From Hypanus sabinus (lineage: Eukaryota): a stretch of 64,000 nt of DNA. The notes beneath the pieces were generated by a model. It was not told where the DNA came from. It was given only the letters and a program-made list of their open reading frames with translations, and made no database searches. Of the stretch, positions 11,424 to 22,800 are shown piece by piece (position 1 is the stretch's first letter; every line of letters starts with the position of its first letter). Made by a program: the position numbers and the translations under genes. The stretch covers positions 94,488,001-94,552,000 of the forward strand of contig NC_082714.1 of NCBI RefSeq assembly GCF_030144855.1. Direction: 5' to 3'.

Positions 11424-12350
11424 TTAAATTATAAGTATTTTTTCTAATGGAATACAGCCATAGATTTCTTTCTTCCAAGAGTCTATACTTAAATATGTAT
11501 CCGATTTCCAAGTAACTGCAATAGCTTTTTTGGCTACTGCCAGTGCAATTTTTATAAGTTCTTTCTGATATTTATTTAGTATGAGTTTCGATTTTATCCC
11601 TTCAATATCACCTAGTAAATGTAATATTGGATTATGAGGAAATTGTGTTCCTGTAATTTGTTCCAGTAAAAGTCCTAAATTTGTCCAAAAAGGTTGAATT
11701 TTAGAGCAAGACCATGTCGAATGTAAAAAAGTACCAGTTTCCTGGTTACATTGGAAACACTGATCCGATAAATTTGGATTTAATTTTTTTATTTTTTGCG
11801 GTGTAATATATAATTGATGTAGAAAATTATACTGCAGTAATCTTAACCGAACATTTATTGTATTTGTCATACTATCAAGACATAGTCTTGACCAATTCGT
11901 TTCTTCAATTTTAATATTCTAATCACTTTCCCATTTTTGTCTTGACTTATGGACTCCTTGTTTAATTGCCTGTCTTTGAATCAAATTATACATACAAGTT
12001 ATAATTTTTTTAATATTTCCTTTTTGAATTAAGATTTCTATTTCATTAGATTTCGGCAATAACATTGTTTGACCTAATTTTTCTCTTAAATAAGCCCTTA
12101 ATTGAAAGTAACAAAATAAAGTGTTATTTGATATTTGATACTTATTTTTTAATTGATCAAATGACATTAATATACCTCCTTCAAAACAATTCCCTATATA
12201 TCTAATCCCTTTTTGAATCCAATCATATAAAAGTTGATTGTCCATTGTGAAAGGAATAAGTCTATTTTGAATTAAAGATCTCTTTGCTAATAAAGATTTT
12301 TTTTGTCTCATCATCAAATTAAAACTTAAAAAATTCAATAAATTAGTCAT
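11424..12350 (-). pseudogene. L1 mini-ORF2: first ~11 codons fused in frame to the C-terminal Cys-rich region, one internal stop
   Basis: MTNLLNFLSFN (ORF2 start) joined to WIQKGIRYIGNCFEGG...FQLRAYL...CFQCNQETGTFLHSTWSC. ORFs 11919-12350 and 11424-11870 are in the same frame. Confidence 0.82.
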
Positions 12351-12792
12351 TATTTTTATTTATGTTGCTCCAATCTATAATAATACCTAATCTTTCAACT
12401 TTCATTGTATCCTAGGAAATCTTTTTAGAAGTCTCCATGTTGCTATGTGTGTCCCCACCAATCATCCAGGCAAAAGAATAGAAGAAAAATAGAAAATAAA
12501 GAAAAAAAACAAAATACCCCCCTACTAATGTTGTGAAAGCAAAACAACACAACATTACCCCCCTCTATTGTACGGGTCATGGCAATCGCCATGATTACAC
12601 ACGTGAATCCCGCAGTAACCGATTCAAAGCTCCCCAGCCCCTCCCCCCCCCCGCAACTCAAAAAGTATATATATAAAACATACCATTCTCAATTAATATT
12701 TCTCCCTTATATTATCCTTAAATGTCCATCAGTTCCATTTGCTTTCTCTGTCTTCGTCTTTAACCATTACATTTAGAAATCTCTACATTTAA

Positions 12793-13557
12793 TTAACAAA
12801 GAGATGGAAGTTTTTGTGTGAACACCTCCGCGTCTTGATAATCAGAAAAAAATCTTTTTCCCGCTTCCAAAAAAATTATCAATGTTGCTGGGTGGCGCAT
12901 TAAAAACTTATAACCTTTTTCCCATAAAAATTTTTTAGCTGGATTAAATTCTTTCTTTCTCTTCAAAAGATTATAACTTATATCAGGATAAAAAAGAACT
13001 GGTTTCTCCGCTATCATCAACGGACCTTTTCTTCTTTTAGCACCCTGGGCAGCCGCCCTCAAAATCTTTTCTTTATCCTGGTATCTTAAACATCTTATCA
13101 AAATTGATCGCGGATTTTGATCATCTTGAGATCTTGGTCTTAAGGCTCTGTGCACCCTTTCAATCTCAATTAAAGTTTCTTCTCCCATTTCCAATTTTTC
13201 AGGAATCCATTTTTGAAAAAAAATTATTGGGTCTTCTCCTTCGGTACCTTCTTTAAGTCCAACAATTTTAATATTGTTGCGTCTACTAAAATTTTCAAGC
13301 TTATCAATTTTTCCCACGAGTTGTTTTCTTTCTAATGTCCAGGCATCATTATCATCTTCCATCTTCTTCATTCTTCCATCCATTTCTTCCATTTTGACGT
13401 CCAAATCTGTAATTTTCTTTTCCTTTTTTTCCTGTTTCTTTGTCATTTTATCAAACATAGCCTCCATATTTGTTATTTTTTCTTTAATTACTTTTTGGTT
13501 ACTTTTAATTACTTTTAATGCATTTAATTTTTCTAATTTATGCATTATTTGCCTCAA
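12793..13557 (-). CDS. L1 ORF1p (coiled-coil + RRM + CTD), open over 254 aa; N-terminal part shifted by an apparent indel near 13620
   Basis: LENFSRRNNIKIVGLKEG, IERVHR, PRSILIRCLRYQDKEKIL and FYPDIS are typical vertebrate L1 ORF1 motifs. Confidence 0.88.
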   Translation of the reverse strand: MRQIMHKLEKLNALKVIKSNQKVIKEKITNMEAMFDKMTKKQEKKEKKITDLDVKMEEMDGRMKKMEDDNDAWTLERKQLVGKIDKLENFSRRNNIKIVGLKEGTEGEDPIIFFQKWIPEKLEMGEETLIEIERVHRALRPRSQDDQNPRSILIRCLRYQDKEKILRAAAQGAKRRKGPLMIAEKPVLFYPDISYNLLKRKKEFNPAKKFLWEKGYKFLMRHPATLIIFLEAGKRFFSDYQDAEVFTQKLPSLC

Positions 13558-14937
13558 AGTAATTTTTGTATTTTCAGAGGAACTTTCATCTTCTTCGCCA
13601 TCTTCGTCTGATATTCCAGAGTGTCCGGATCTCCCTCAGACTCACTTTCACTGTCGGTTTCAGTCATTGCTGGGTTTTGTAGTTCTAGTTGCTCTCTTTT
13701 GCGCATGCTCGTTCCTTTACGCTTGCGCAGTTCTCGTTGATCTTTCCCTTTAGAAATGGCCGATGCTGCCGCGGTCTCCTTTTCTGTTTCACCGGTGGTG
13801 TGTTGTACCTGAGTCCGTGGTTCTTCAGTAGAAGTAGGCCTTGATTCTGTTCCAACTTGAGCGGTCTTCGCGGTAGTAATTTTCTTCGTCCTGTTTATGA
13901 GGCATAGCTTAAAACAATCCAGAGTAATTTATAAGTAACCTTAAAAAAGTATTAATTAACTTTTCTTCACTTAAACATTAATTTATTAACTTTTTTACGG
14001 GAGGGCTGGGTTCCAGCGTCTCGATCCTACGTCATCACGTGACGTCCCCCCCCCTGCACGTCATGGTTGTAATGCATGTGTATTGGAGTTATTGTCGCCT
14101 TCCTGTCATCTTGAACCATTCTGGCCATTCTCCTCTGATTTCTCTCATTAACGAGGCATTTGTGCCACGGATTCTTACCTACTCGATGTTTCTATTTATT
14201 TTTCTTCCCATTCCCTGTAAACTCTAGAGACTGTTGTGCCCGAAAATCTCAAAGGATCGGCAATTTCTGAGATAGCCAATGTGCCCATTTCAGGGTTAAA
14301 GACACTACGGTCACATTTCGTTCCCATTGTGATAGTGGTCTGAACAACACTGAGCCTGACCATGTCTACCTACTTTTATGCATTGAGTTGTATTCACATG
14401 ATTGACCGATTAGATGTTTGCACCAACGAGAAGGTGTACAGAAATATCTAATAGAGTGACCACTGTGTAAAAACAGTATATTAAGTCGTAAGTTTGGGAG
14501 GCAGTTTTGCGATTGAACACGACGCCAATGAAGTCACACCTGCAGTATTGTGTTCAGTTTTAGGTGCCTTCCTGTCTGAAATATGATATTGAACTCAACA
14601 GAGTGCAGAGGAGATTTACAAGGATGCTGCTCGGGCACATAGCTTTAAATATATGTAAAGACTTGGGTTCTCCACTCTATGACTGACCAAATTTCTCTTT
14701 CTCTTTTCTATCGCATTGCAAATGTAGATGTTGATTTCCAATGCGGCTCTGAGGCTCCGACCACGGTGTAGGGCAAGGGAATCAGCTAATAGGGGTGGTT
14801 GATCGCCAAGAAACTTTGTCACTGAGAAATTTTGTGGTTTCTCTCCAGAGACCTGCTTTCGGTAGCGAATTCCGTCTCTCTCTCTCTCTCGCTCTTTATG
14901 TTTGTTCATGCGCGCGCACGCGAGTGTGTGTTTGCGT

Positions 14938-14938
<1 letters not shown>

Positions 14939-14978
<40 letters not shown>
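14939..14978 (+). repeat. (GT)n microsatellite, preceded by (CT)n at ~14874-14890
   Basis: Seen directly. Confidence 0.95.
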
Positions 14979-14980
<2 letters not shown>

Positions 14981-15924
14981 GGTACATGGCTCCTGGTACT
15001 TACACATGCCCTCTAATTCAGGAAGTATTCTGGTTAATCTCTTCTGCCCTCAGCAAAGCCTCCACATGCTTCGCATAATGGAGCAACCAGATCTGTATTG
15101 AATTCCGCAGAGGCAGCCTAACTAGAGTTTAAAAATCTGTAACATATACTTCATAGGCCTGATTTTATTCTCTCAAATCAATTAATATTTTGTAACAAAA
15201 AGACCACTCCCTACTTGTATATAGTTTTCTCCTTTTGCTTATTCTTTCTTTCCTCACTTTTCTATGGATGTATACCTCAGATAAATAATAAGTGCAGGTT
15301 TGTGGCAAATATGACTATATGATATATATGTATAGCATCTTAAATATATCTTATGAAAATGTTTGTTTGATGATGAATTTCAATAAAAATAAATACAAAA
15401 AAAGAAGCTGCAACATAACTTCTTGAGTTTTGAACTCAGCGCCTCCTCTAATAAAGGCGAACATGCCAAATGCCTTCTTAATTACCTTATTACCCTGTGC
15501 CTCCTCATTCAGGGAGCCCAAGCCAGTTCAGTTTAACGAGGGGAGTGAGTGAAATTAGTGTAGTGGTGATCTTGGATTGGTCTTATTACCAAGACGGGAA
15601 CTAGATGGACGGCATGCAAAACATAATAAAATGCTCGGTGTGTGCCAATAATAAACTATTTTGCCAATTTAACAGCATAGCCACGGTAACTGGGCCGACC
15701 TGGACAAAAGAAGAGTGATGTGCAAACCAGGGAATTGAAAACAGCAACAGGGAGGAAGAACTGGAGAGCATTGTGAACCTAATGGTTTGCCATTAAGGAG
15801 ATACGGAAAATGTTAGCACAGCCTATGAAACAGAGGGAGGAAACGGAGTTTGGCAGCGAGCAGGAAAGAAATACGGTCATACCGTAGATAAACTGCAGTA
15901 AAATCCAAACAGGGCATGGAAACA

Positions 15925-16170
15925 AGAGAAACAGAGAAACAGACAGAGATAGAGAGAGACAGAAAGAGACAGTCAGAGGGAGCGACAACAGAGAGACACA
16001 TGCAAAGAGACAGACAGACAGGGAAAGACAGAGATAGCGAGAGTGATAAAGGGAGAACGAGAGATGTGGAGGGAAATGGAGAGTGAAAAGGACTGAAAGG
16101 GGAGGGAGAGCGAGATAGGCAATTGAGGGTGTGGGGAAAGTGGGATTGAGGGAAAGTAGGAAAGTGGAAC
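15925..16170 (+). repeat. GA-rich low-complexity tract
   Basis: Degenerate AGAG/ACAG repeats. They explain the hydrophobic antisense ORFs here. Confidence 0.85.
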
Positions 16171-17109
16171 AGAAACGTGAACTGGAGAAAGAGACCACAA
16201 GACCATAACAGATAAGATCAGAGTTAGGTCATTCAGCATATCGAGTCGAAGGTGGCGCCTGCGCACAGCTCTTCCTTGCTCGTCATCGTCCAGGTAGTCC
16301 AAGAAACAGCTTATTTTATTGATTGTACGTCTGGATTTCAACTGAAATTTGTTCTTGGAACCAATAGAGCCTGTGAGTTACAGTTTCAAAATCGACTGAA
16401 TGATCCACCGCTTTGCTGTCTCCGAGAAGATTCCGGGAAGCAAACTCGAAAGCAAAAAAGAAATTTCGGCGCTTGCGCTAGACGATAATCGACTACATTT
16501 CGCCATTTAAAGCCTATAATATTGCAGATCAAAACGCTAAAGAAGATTGAAACATCGATGCAAATGCGAAAGGCTAGCGAGGCTTCAGCATCGACTGACT
16601 AACTTTGGATCACTGATGGGTTCCCTCTACTGCAGTAGGAGACGACTGCGTGGCCTACCGCTGTGTGGTGGCTCATTGCGCCCGGAGTGATGTCTCTCTC
16701 TTTCAATGATGTCTGAAGAAGTTTATGAATTGAACTATGGACTTTTTCCAGTCTTATCGATTCTATTTTCCATGTTTTCCCCGTTCTCTCTAGTTGTAAT
16801 TTTTTTTCGTGCGGAGGAGGGAGAATGTTGGAGATCGATTTTTTTATTGCTTTTTGTGCCGGGGCAGGAGTTTGTGTGTTGGAGATTGTGATTCAGTTCT
16901 GTTTTGTGCGATGGCTGGGTTCGCGTTTTTCTCCGAACGACTCTGTTTTGTGGCTATCTGGAGCCCAATCTGAGAGCTGTATACTGCATGCACACTTTGA
17001 AACTTTGGGTACCTCCGCCATTTCTTCATGTTTATTTTGTTTCCTTCTCAATCCCATTCTCCTGCAGTCTCCCAATCACATTTTATGCACTGACTCATCT
17101 TCTTCCGCT

Positions 17110-19810
17110 TAAGCACAACGTACACTGCAGATGCTGTGGTCAATGCAACACGTAACACACACTGGAGTAACTCAGCAGGTCCGGCAGTATCTGTGAAAAC
17201 GAGCAGTCAACGTTTCGGGCCGAGAAGTTTTGTCAGGATTGAAGAGGGAGGGGACAGGTGCCTTAAAAAGAACGTTGGCGAGCGTCGGAAGGAGAAGGCT
17301 GGTAGGTGCCAGGTGAAAAACCAGTAAGGGTGAAGATCAAGGGGTGGGTGAGGGAAGCAGGGAGGGGATAAGCAGGAAAGGTGAAGTAGGAATGTAAGGG
17401 GAAAGCACTATGGGTCGTAGAAGGAGGCAGAACCATAAGGGAGGTGATAGGCAGCTGGAGGAGGCAGAGCGAATCCGGGATGGAGGAAGGGAGGTGTGGA
17501 ATTACCGGAAGTTGGAAAATTCAATGTTTATGCCATGGGGCTGAAGACTACCCAGACGGCATATGAGGCGTTGCTCCTCCAACCTGAGTTTGGCCTCATC
17601 AAGGCCGTAGAGGAGGCCATGTTTAGACATATCAGAATGGGAATGTGAAGCAGGATTGAAGTGGGTGGCCACTGGGAGATCCTGTCTGATGTGGCGGACG
17701 GAGCAGAGGTGCTCAACGAAGCGGCTTTGGGTCTCACCGATGTAGAGGAGACCGCACCGTGAGCACCGGATGCAATAGGTGCCCCCAACAGGCTCTCAAG
17801 TGAAGCGTTGCCTCTCCTGGAAGGACTGTTTAAGGCCCTGAATGGTGGTAAGAGAGAAGGTGTATGGTCGTGTGTAACACGATTGCTTGCAGGGATAAGT
17901 GCCAGGAGGGAGATCTGTGGGGAGGGAGTGTGGACCAGGGAGTCGCGGAGGGAACGATCCCTGCGGAAAGCCGAGAGGGAAATATGAGTTTAGTGGTGAG
18001 GTCCTGTTGAAGGTGAGCGTTTCGGAGGATAACGTGCTGGATCCGTAGGCTGGTGGAGTGGTAGCTGAGGACAAGGGGGACTCGGTGTCTGTTGTGGTGA
18101 AGGGAGGATCGGGTGAAGGCCGAAGTGCGGGTGACGGCATCATTGAGGACGGCAGAAGAGAAACCACGATACTTAAAGAAAGAGCACTTTTGAGATGCCC
18201 TGGATCAGAAAGCCTCAACCAGGGAGCAGATGCGGCAGAGACGGAGGAACTGGAAATATGGAATTGCATTTTTACGTGCAGCAGGGTGGGAAGAGGTATA
18301 GTCAAGGTAGTTATCAGAGTCAGTGGATTTATAGAAGATGTCAGTGGACAGCTTGTCTCCAGATTCAGATTCAGTTTATTGTCATTCAGAAACCACAAAT
18401 GCAATGCAGTTAAAAAATGAGACAACGTTCTCCAGGTTGATATAACGAAAAAGCACACGACAAAGCAGACCACACAAGAACAACCACATAATATTTGGTA
18501 ATCTCCAATCTAGAGTCCGGAGAGGCTGCTGCATATTAATATCGCGCTACCATTCTAGCACGTTCCCCGGTAAGGAACTCCAAACCCATCAGACAAAACA
18601 AGACTACCTAGGCACACCAAGCAAGAGACCAGCGCTACCACCCAAAAAAACAAAAACCTACACAAAACCACATCGTTATAATTAACATTTAGTTATAACA
18701 ATGCAGACTATCCATAATTGATAAAAGACTAATTGACAAAAAGCACATAATTATAACATATAGTTCCAAAAGTGTAAAGCTATACCGTAATCTGATAAAG
18801 AGCAGACCATAGCACGGTAAAAAGTCTCAAAGTCCCGACAGCCTATCATCTTACGCAGACGGTAGAAGGAAGAAACACTCTTCCTGCCATGATCGTCCAG
18901 CGCCGCCACCTTGCCGATACCGCCCCTTGCAGTACCCGACAGCCAACTCTGAGTCCGTCCGAAAACTTCGAGTCTCCGACCAGCCCTCCGGCACCGAGTA
19001 CCGAGCACCATCTCTGCCGAGCGCTTCAACCCAGGCCCCGGCCGCAAGCAACAGGCAAAGCCGAGGATTTGGGGCGTTCCTCCCGGAGCATTTTCGATTG
19101 CACAGTAGCAGCGGCAGCGAAACAGGCATTTCAAAAGTTTCACCAGATGTTCCTCCGTGATTCACCCATCCGTCTCCATCAAATCAGGATTGTGCACGGC
19201 ATCCGACTTTACAGATCACAGATTACAGTTTACAGATATTCATTCCGAAGTGGCCGCTGCGCGACAGAGAGATCGTGAAAGTGGAGAGATGTGTCTGAGA
19301 TGGACCATGTGCACTTGGGGGCGGGGTGGAAGTTAGAGGCAGAGTCTATGAAATTGACGAGCTCAGCATGGGTGCAGTAAACAGCACCAATGTATTTGTC
19401 AAAGTAGCGAAGAAAACATTGGGGAGCAGTAGCAGTATAGATTTGGAGCATCGACTGTTCCACATAACCAACGAAGAGGCAGGCATAGCTGGGGTCCATG
19501 CGAGTGCCTATAACTACGCCCTTAGTCTGAAGACAGTGGGAAGAGCCAACAAGTGTGAGTACCAGTTTCGTCAACCGGAGGAGTGTGGTGGTGATGGGAA
19601 ACTGTTGAGGTGTATTCTGAAGAAAGTAGCGGAAGGCTTTGAGGCCTTCTTGATGGGGACTGGAAGTGTATAAGCATTGGACATCCATAGTGAAAATGAA
19701 GCGGTCGGGACAGGGGAAACTGGAAGTTATTGAAGAGGTGGCGGGCATGGGATGTATCCCAGATGTAGATGAGGAGAAACTGAACAATGGGTGACAAAAT
19801 GGAGTCCAGT
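17110..19810 (-). mobile_element. Penelope-like retroelement (RT + GIY-YIG), degenerate, interrupted at ~18362-19270
   Basis: RT motifs FTMDVQCLYT, GTRMDPSYACLFVG and FLRYFD (19230-19787). GIY-YIG region CSRCGLLYIGET...FVEHL (~17530-17800). Terminal repeat at ~17110-17240. Confidence 0.88.
18362..19270 (-). mobile_element. Non-coding ~0.9 kb retroposon with AATAAA-(CTGAAT)n tail inserted in the Penelope RT
   Basis: Penelope sequence breaks at ~19270 and resumes at ~18361. LINE-type microsatellite tail, no ORF. Family uncertain. Confidence 0.6.
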
Positions 19811-22800
19811 TAGGCAGGAGCAGGCCGAAACTTCCGCCTTAAATGCACCTACTGACATGGACTCCGCAGCCACCTGCGGGAACGAATTCCCAAGATTCAG
19901 CACCCGCAAGGAAAATAAAGGACACCTCATCTCAGTTCTAAATGGACATTCCTCTATTCTGAGGCTGTGTTATCTGTCCTAGACATCCTGACCAGCGAAA
20001 CTACCAATTCTGTTTCGTCCGTCCAACATTCCATAACTTTCACTGAGATCATTCTACTTACTCATAATTCTAGCGAGCAGATGCCCAGAGCCATGAACCA
20101 CTCCTATAGAATGTCAACGTGACCGCTTGACAACGACTGAACCCAGATGTGGAGGAACAGCGGATTCAGCTGGAGAGACGCAAAACAATGGATTAGAGAT
20201 AAGCATCTCAGAACAGCATCGGAGCATTACTCAGAGACACTCCAAGACCAATCATTCTCAACACAAAGATGCCTCGACAAGTGTTAAATAGGAGTCTGTA
20301 TTAAATAATCATAGAATGCGGAAAATTCGTGACAGTCAGAATTAACGACGAATTTTTGGTGTTCACCTGGCGAAGGGTCTCATCTGGTCCCTCAAAACCA
20401 GTTCCGTAACCAAGAAAGCCCAGCAGCATCTCTACTTCATGTGAAGGCTGGGAAAAGTCCACCTTCCAACTCCCATCCTCACCACATTCTTCTGAGGATG
20501 TATCGAGGGCATCCTGAGCAGCTGCATCACTGTTTCAGGAACTGCACCATCTCGGATCGCAAGACTCTGCAGCGGATAGTGAGGTCAGCCGAGATGATCA
20601 TCGGGGTCTCTCTTCCCTCAAAGCTAACAGCATTGTGAAGCAGCACACGTACCCCTCATACAAACTCTTCTCCCTCCTGCCATGTGGAAGAAGGTACCGA
20701 AGCATTCGGGCTCTCACGACAAGGCTGTGTAACAGTTTCTTTCCCAGGCCATCAGACTCCTCAATTCCCAAAGTCTAGATTGATATCTACATCATTTATT
20801 ATTACATTGAAATTTGTCCTCTACTGTGCCTGTTGTCTTGTTAACCAAACAATTAATTAAATAATTAATTGCTGTACTGTCCTGCACTGTTTCCTGCACT
20901 TTATGTAGCCCTGTGGAAGTCATAAATCTAGTGTAGTTTTCTGTTGTTTCATGTAGCACCACAGTCCTTGAAGGGCGCTATTTCGTTTTACTGTGTACTG
21001 TACCAGGAGTTTATGATCGAAATGAAAATAAAAAGTGACTTGACTTGATTTGACTTCAATTCAAGATTAAACAGACTCACAAATGCTTACCAATTCTTGA
21101 TGAGGCAACAGTGAGTCAATACAAGTGCTCGAGAAAACCAAAGTTCCATGACGCAGTGTTTATCAACGCTCATGGCATATAAGATTTTCATTACCAGAAT
21201 CACTGTCTTGGATTTCATGAGCACCCTTTCCAAAGTCAGCACTTGCTTTCTTAGATGTGTGCTCCAATACTACAGATTAGGCCTTACCAGTGCCTTATAG
21301 AGCCTCGGCATTGCATCTTTGCATTTAGAGCCTTAGAGCCACAGTCATAGAAAATTACAGCACAGAACCCGTCTAGTACATGCCGAACCATTCAATCTGC
21401 TTATCCTCATCGAACTACACAGGGACTATACCGTTCCCTACTCCTACCATCCATGCACTTCTCTATAATGCTGCTCATTATCGATATTGAGATGGCATAG
21501 AGGACGTGCACACCCTCTCAACCCTCTGAGTCAAGACGTTTCTCCTCATGTTTCCCTTGAACTTCTGACATTTGATAGTTAACCCATGAACTCAGGTTGT
21601 AGTCTCACAGCAGTGGAAACAGCGTCCTGGCATTTATCCAATATATAACCTTTATAATGGTGCATAGCTCTGTCAAATATATTTTCCATTTTCTACTTTC
21701 AAAGAAAAAAGAGGTCCTAACCTATTGTGTCTCTGCTTATAGCTCAAGTGTTCCAAGTGTTCCATAGCTCAAGTGGTCCAATTTAATGTCAGAAAAAATG
21801 TATACAAAATACCTTCTGAAATGCTTTTTCTGGTAAACATCCACGAAAAACAGAGCAGTGCCCCCAAAGAATGAACGACAGCTAAATGTTAGAACCCCAA
21901 AGTCCCCCTGCCCTCAGCTCCACTGCCTCCCGCGTGTAAGTAGCAGCAAGGAACAATATACCATCCCAGCACATAGTAATATTCTTGTAAATTTTCTCCG
22001 TACACTGACATTTTTTCCCAATATGCAGATGACCAAAACTGCACAGAATATTCCAAATTATGTCTCACCAATTTTCTATAACTTCAAAATAATATTCCAT
22101 CCTTGCACTCAGTCATTTCATTTATGAAGGCGAAATTTCCAAAATCTTTCTTTACGATCCTCTTTACCTGTGACGCCGCTTTTCATGAAATATGGGCTTG
22201 TATTCCGAGATCCCTCTGTTCTTCGTCATTTCTTAGTGCCCTGCTGTTTACTGTGTAACACCTACGCTGGGTGGTCCTACCGAAGTGCAACACCTCGGAA
22301 CTATCTACCTTAACTTCCATCTGTCATGTTTTCTTCCGATGTTGCCAGCTGGTCCAAATTCCGCAGCAAGCCACGATTGCTTTTTTAAGCTGTCTACTAC
22401 AGCCGCAACCTTGGTGTCATCAGCAATTTTATTGATACGTTTCACCAGGTTATCATCCAGATCGTTGATGTAGATGACACACAGCAACAGACCCAGCAGC
22501 GATTCTTGCGACACTCTACGAATCACAGGCTTCCAGTTAAAGAGACAACCATCTCCTATCACTCTACAGCTTCTCCCATAGAGCCAATGTCGAATAAAAC
22601 TTTGCGTCCACCTCATGACTGTCGAGCGGCTGAAATTTCTTGACCAACCTCCCGTGTGGAACCGTGTCAAATACTTTGCTAAAGTCCATGCAGCCAACAA
22701 CAGTTTGTTTTCGTCATCCGCTTTCCTGGCAACTTCCTCGAAAAATTCAAAAGAGTTGTTAGACCGGACCAAACATTTAGGAAGCTATGCTGACGTTCCG

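Larger units (their letters stand above)
10967..14053 (-). mobile_element. L1-clade LINE, internally deleted (ORF1 + ORF2 lacking endonuclease and RT)
   Basis: 12-bp TSD CTGCACGTCATG (10955-10966, 14054-14065), AATAAA plus poly(A), intact 5' end. ORF1 is at 12793-13557 and the mini-ORF2 at 12350-11424. Confidence 0.9.
10831..14467 (-). mobile_element. Tc1/mariner-derived MITE (~540 bp) split by an L1 insertion
   Basis: Imperfect TIRs CACGCAGCGGTCACTTTATTA / TAATAGAGTGACCACTGTG, flanked by TA at 10829-30 and 14468-69. The internal part matches the start of a Tc1 transposase HTH. A related copy lies at ~42965-43435. Confidence 0.8.

Noticed and set aside
13274-13753. 159-aa hydrophobic plus-strand ORF
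   Set aside because: Antisense shadow of the lysine/glutamate-rich L1 ORF1.
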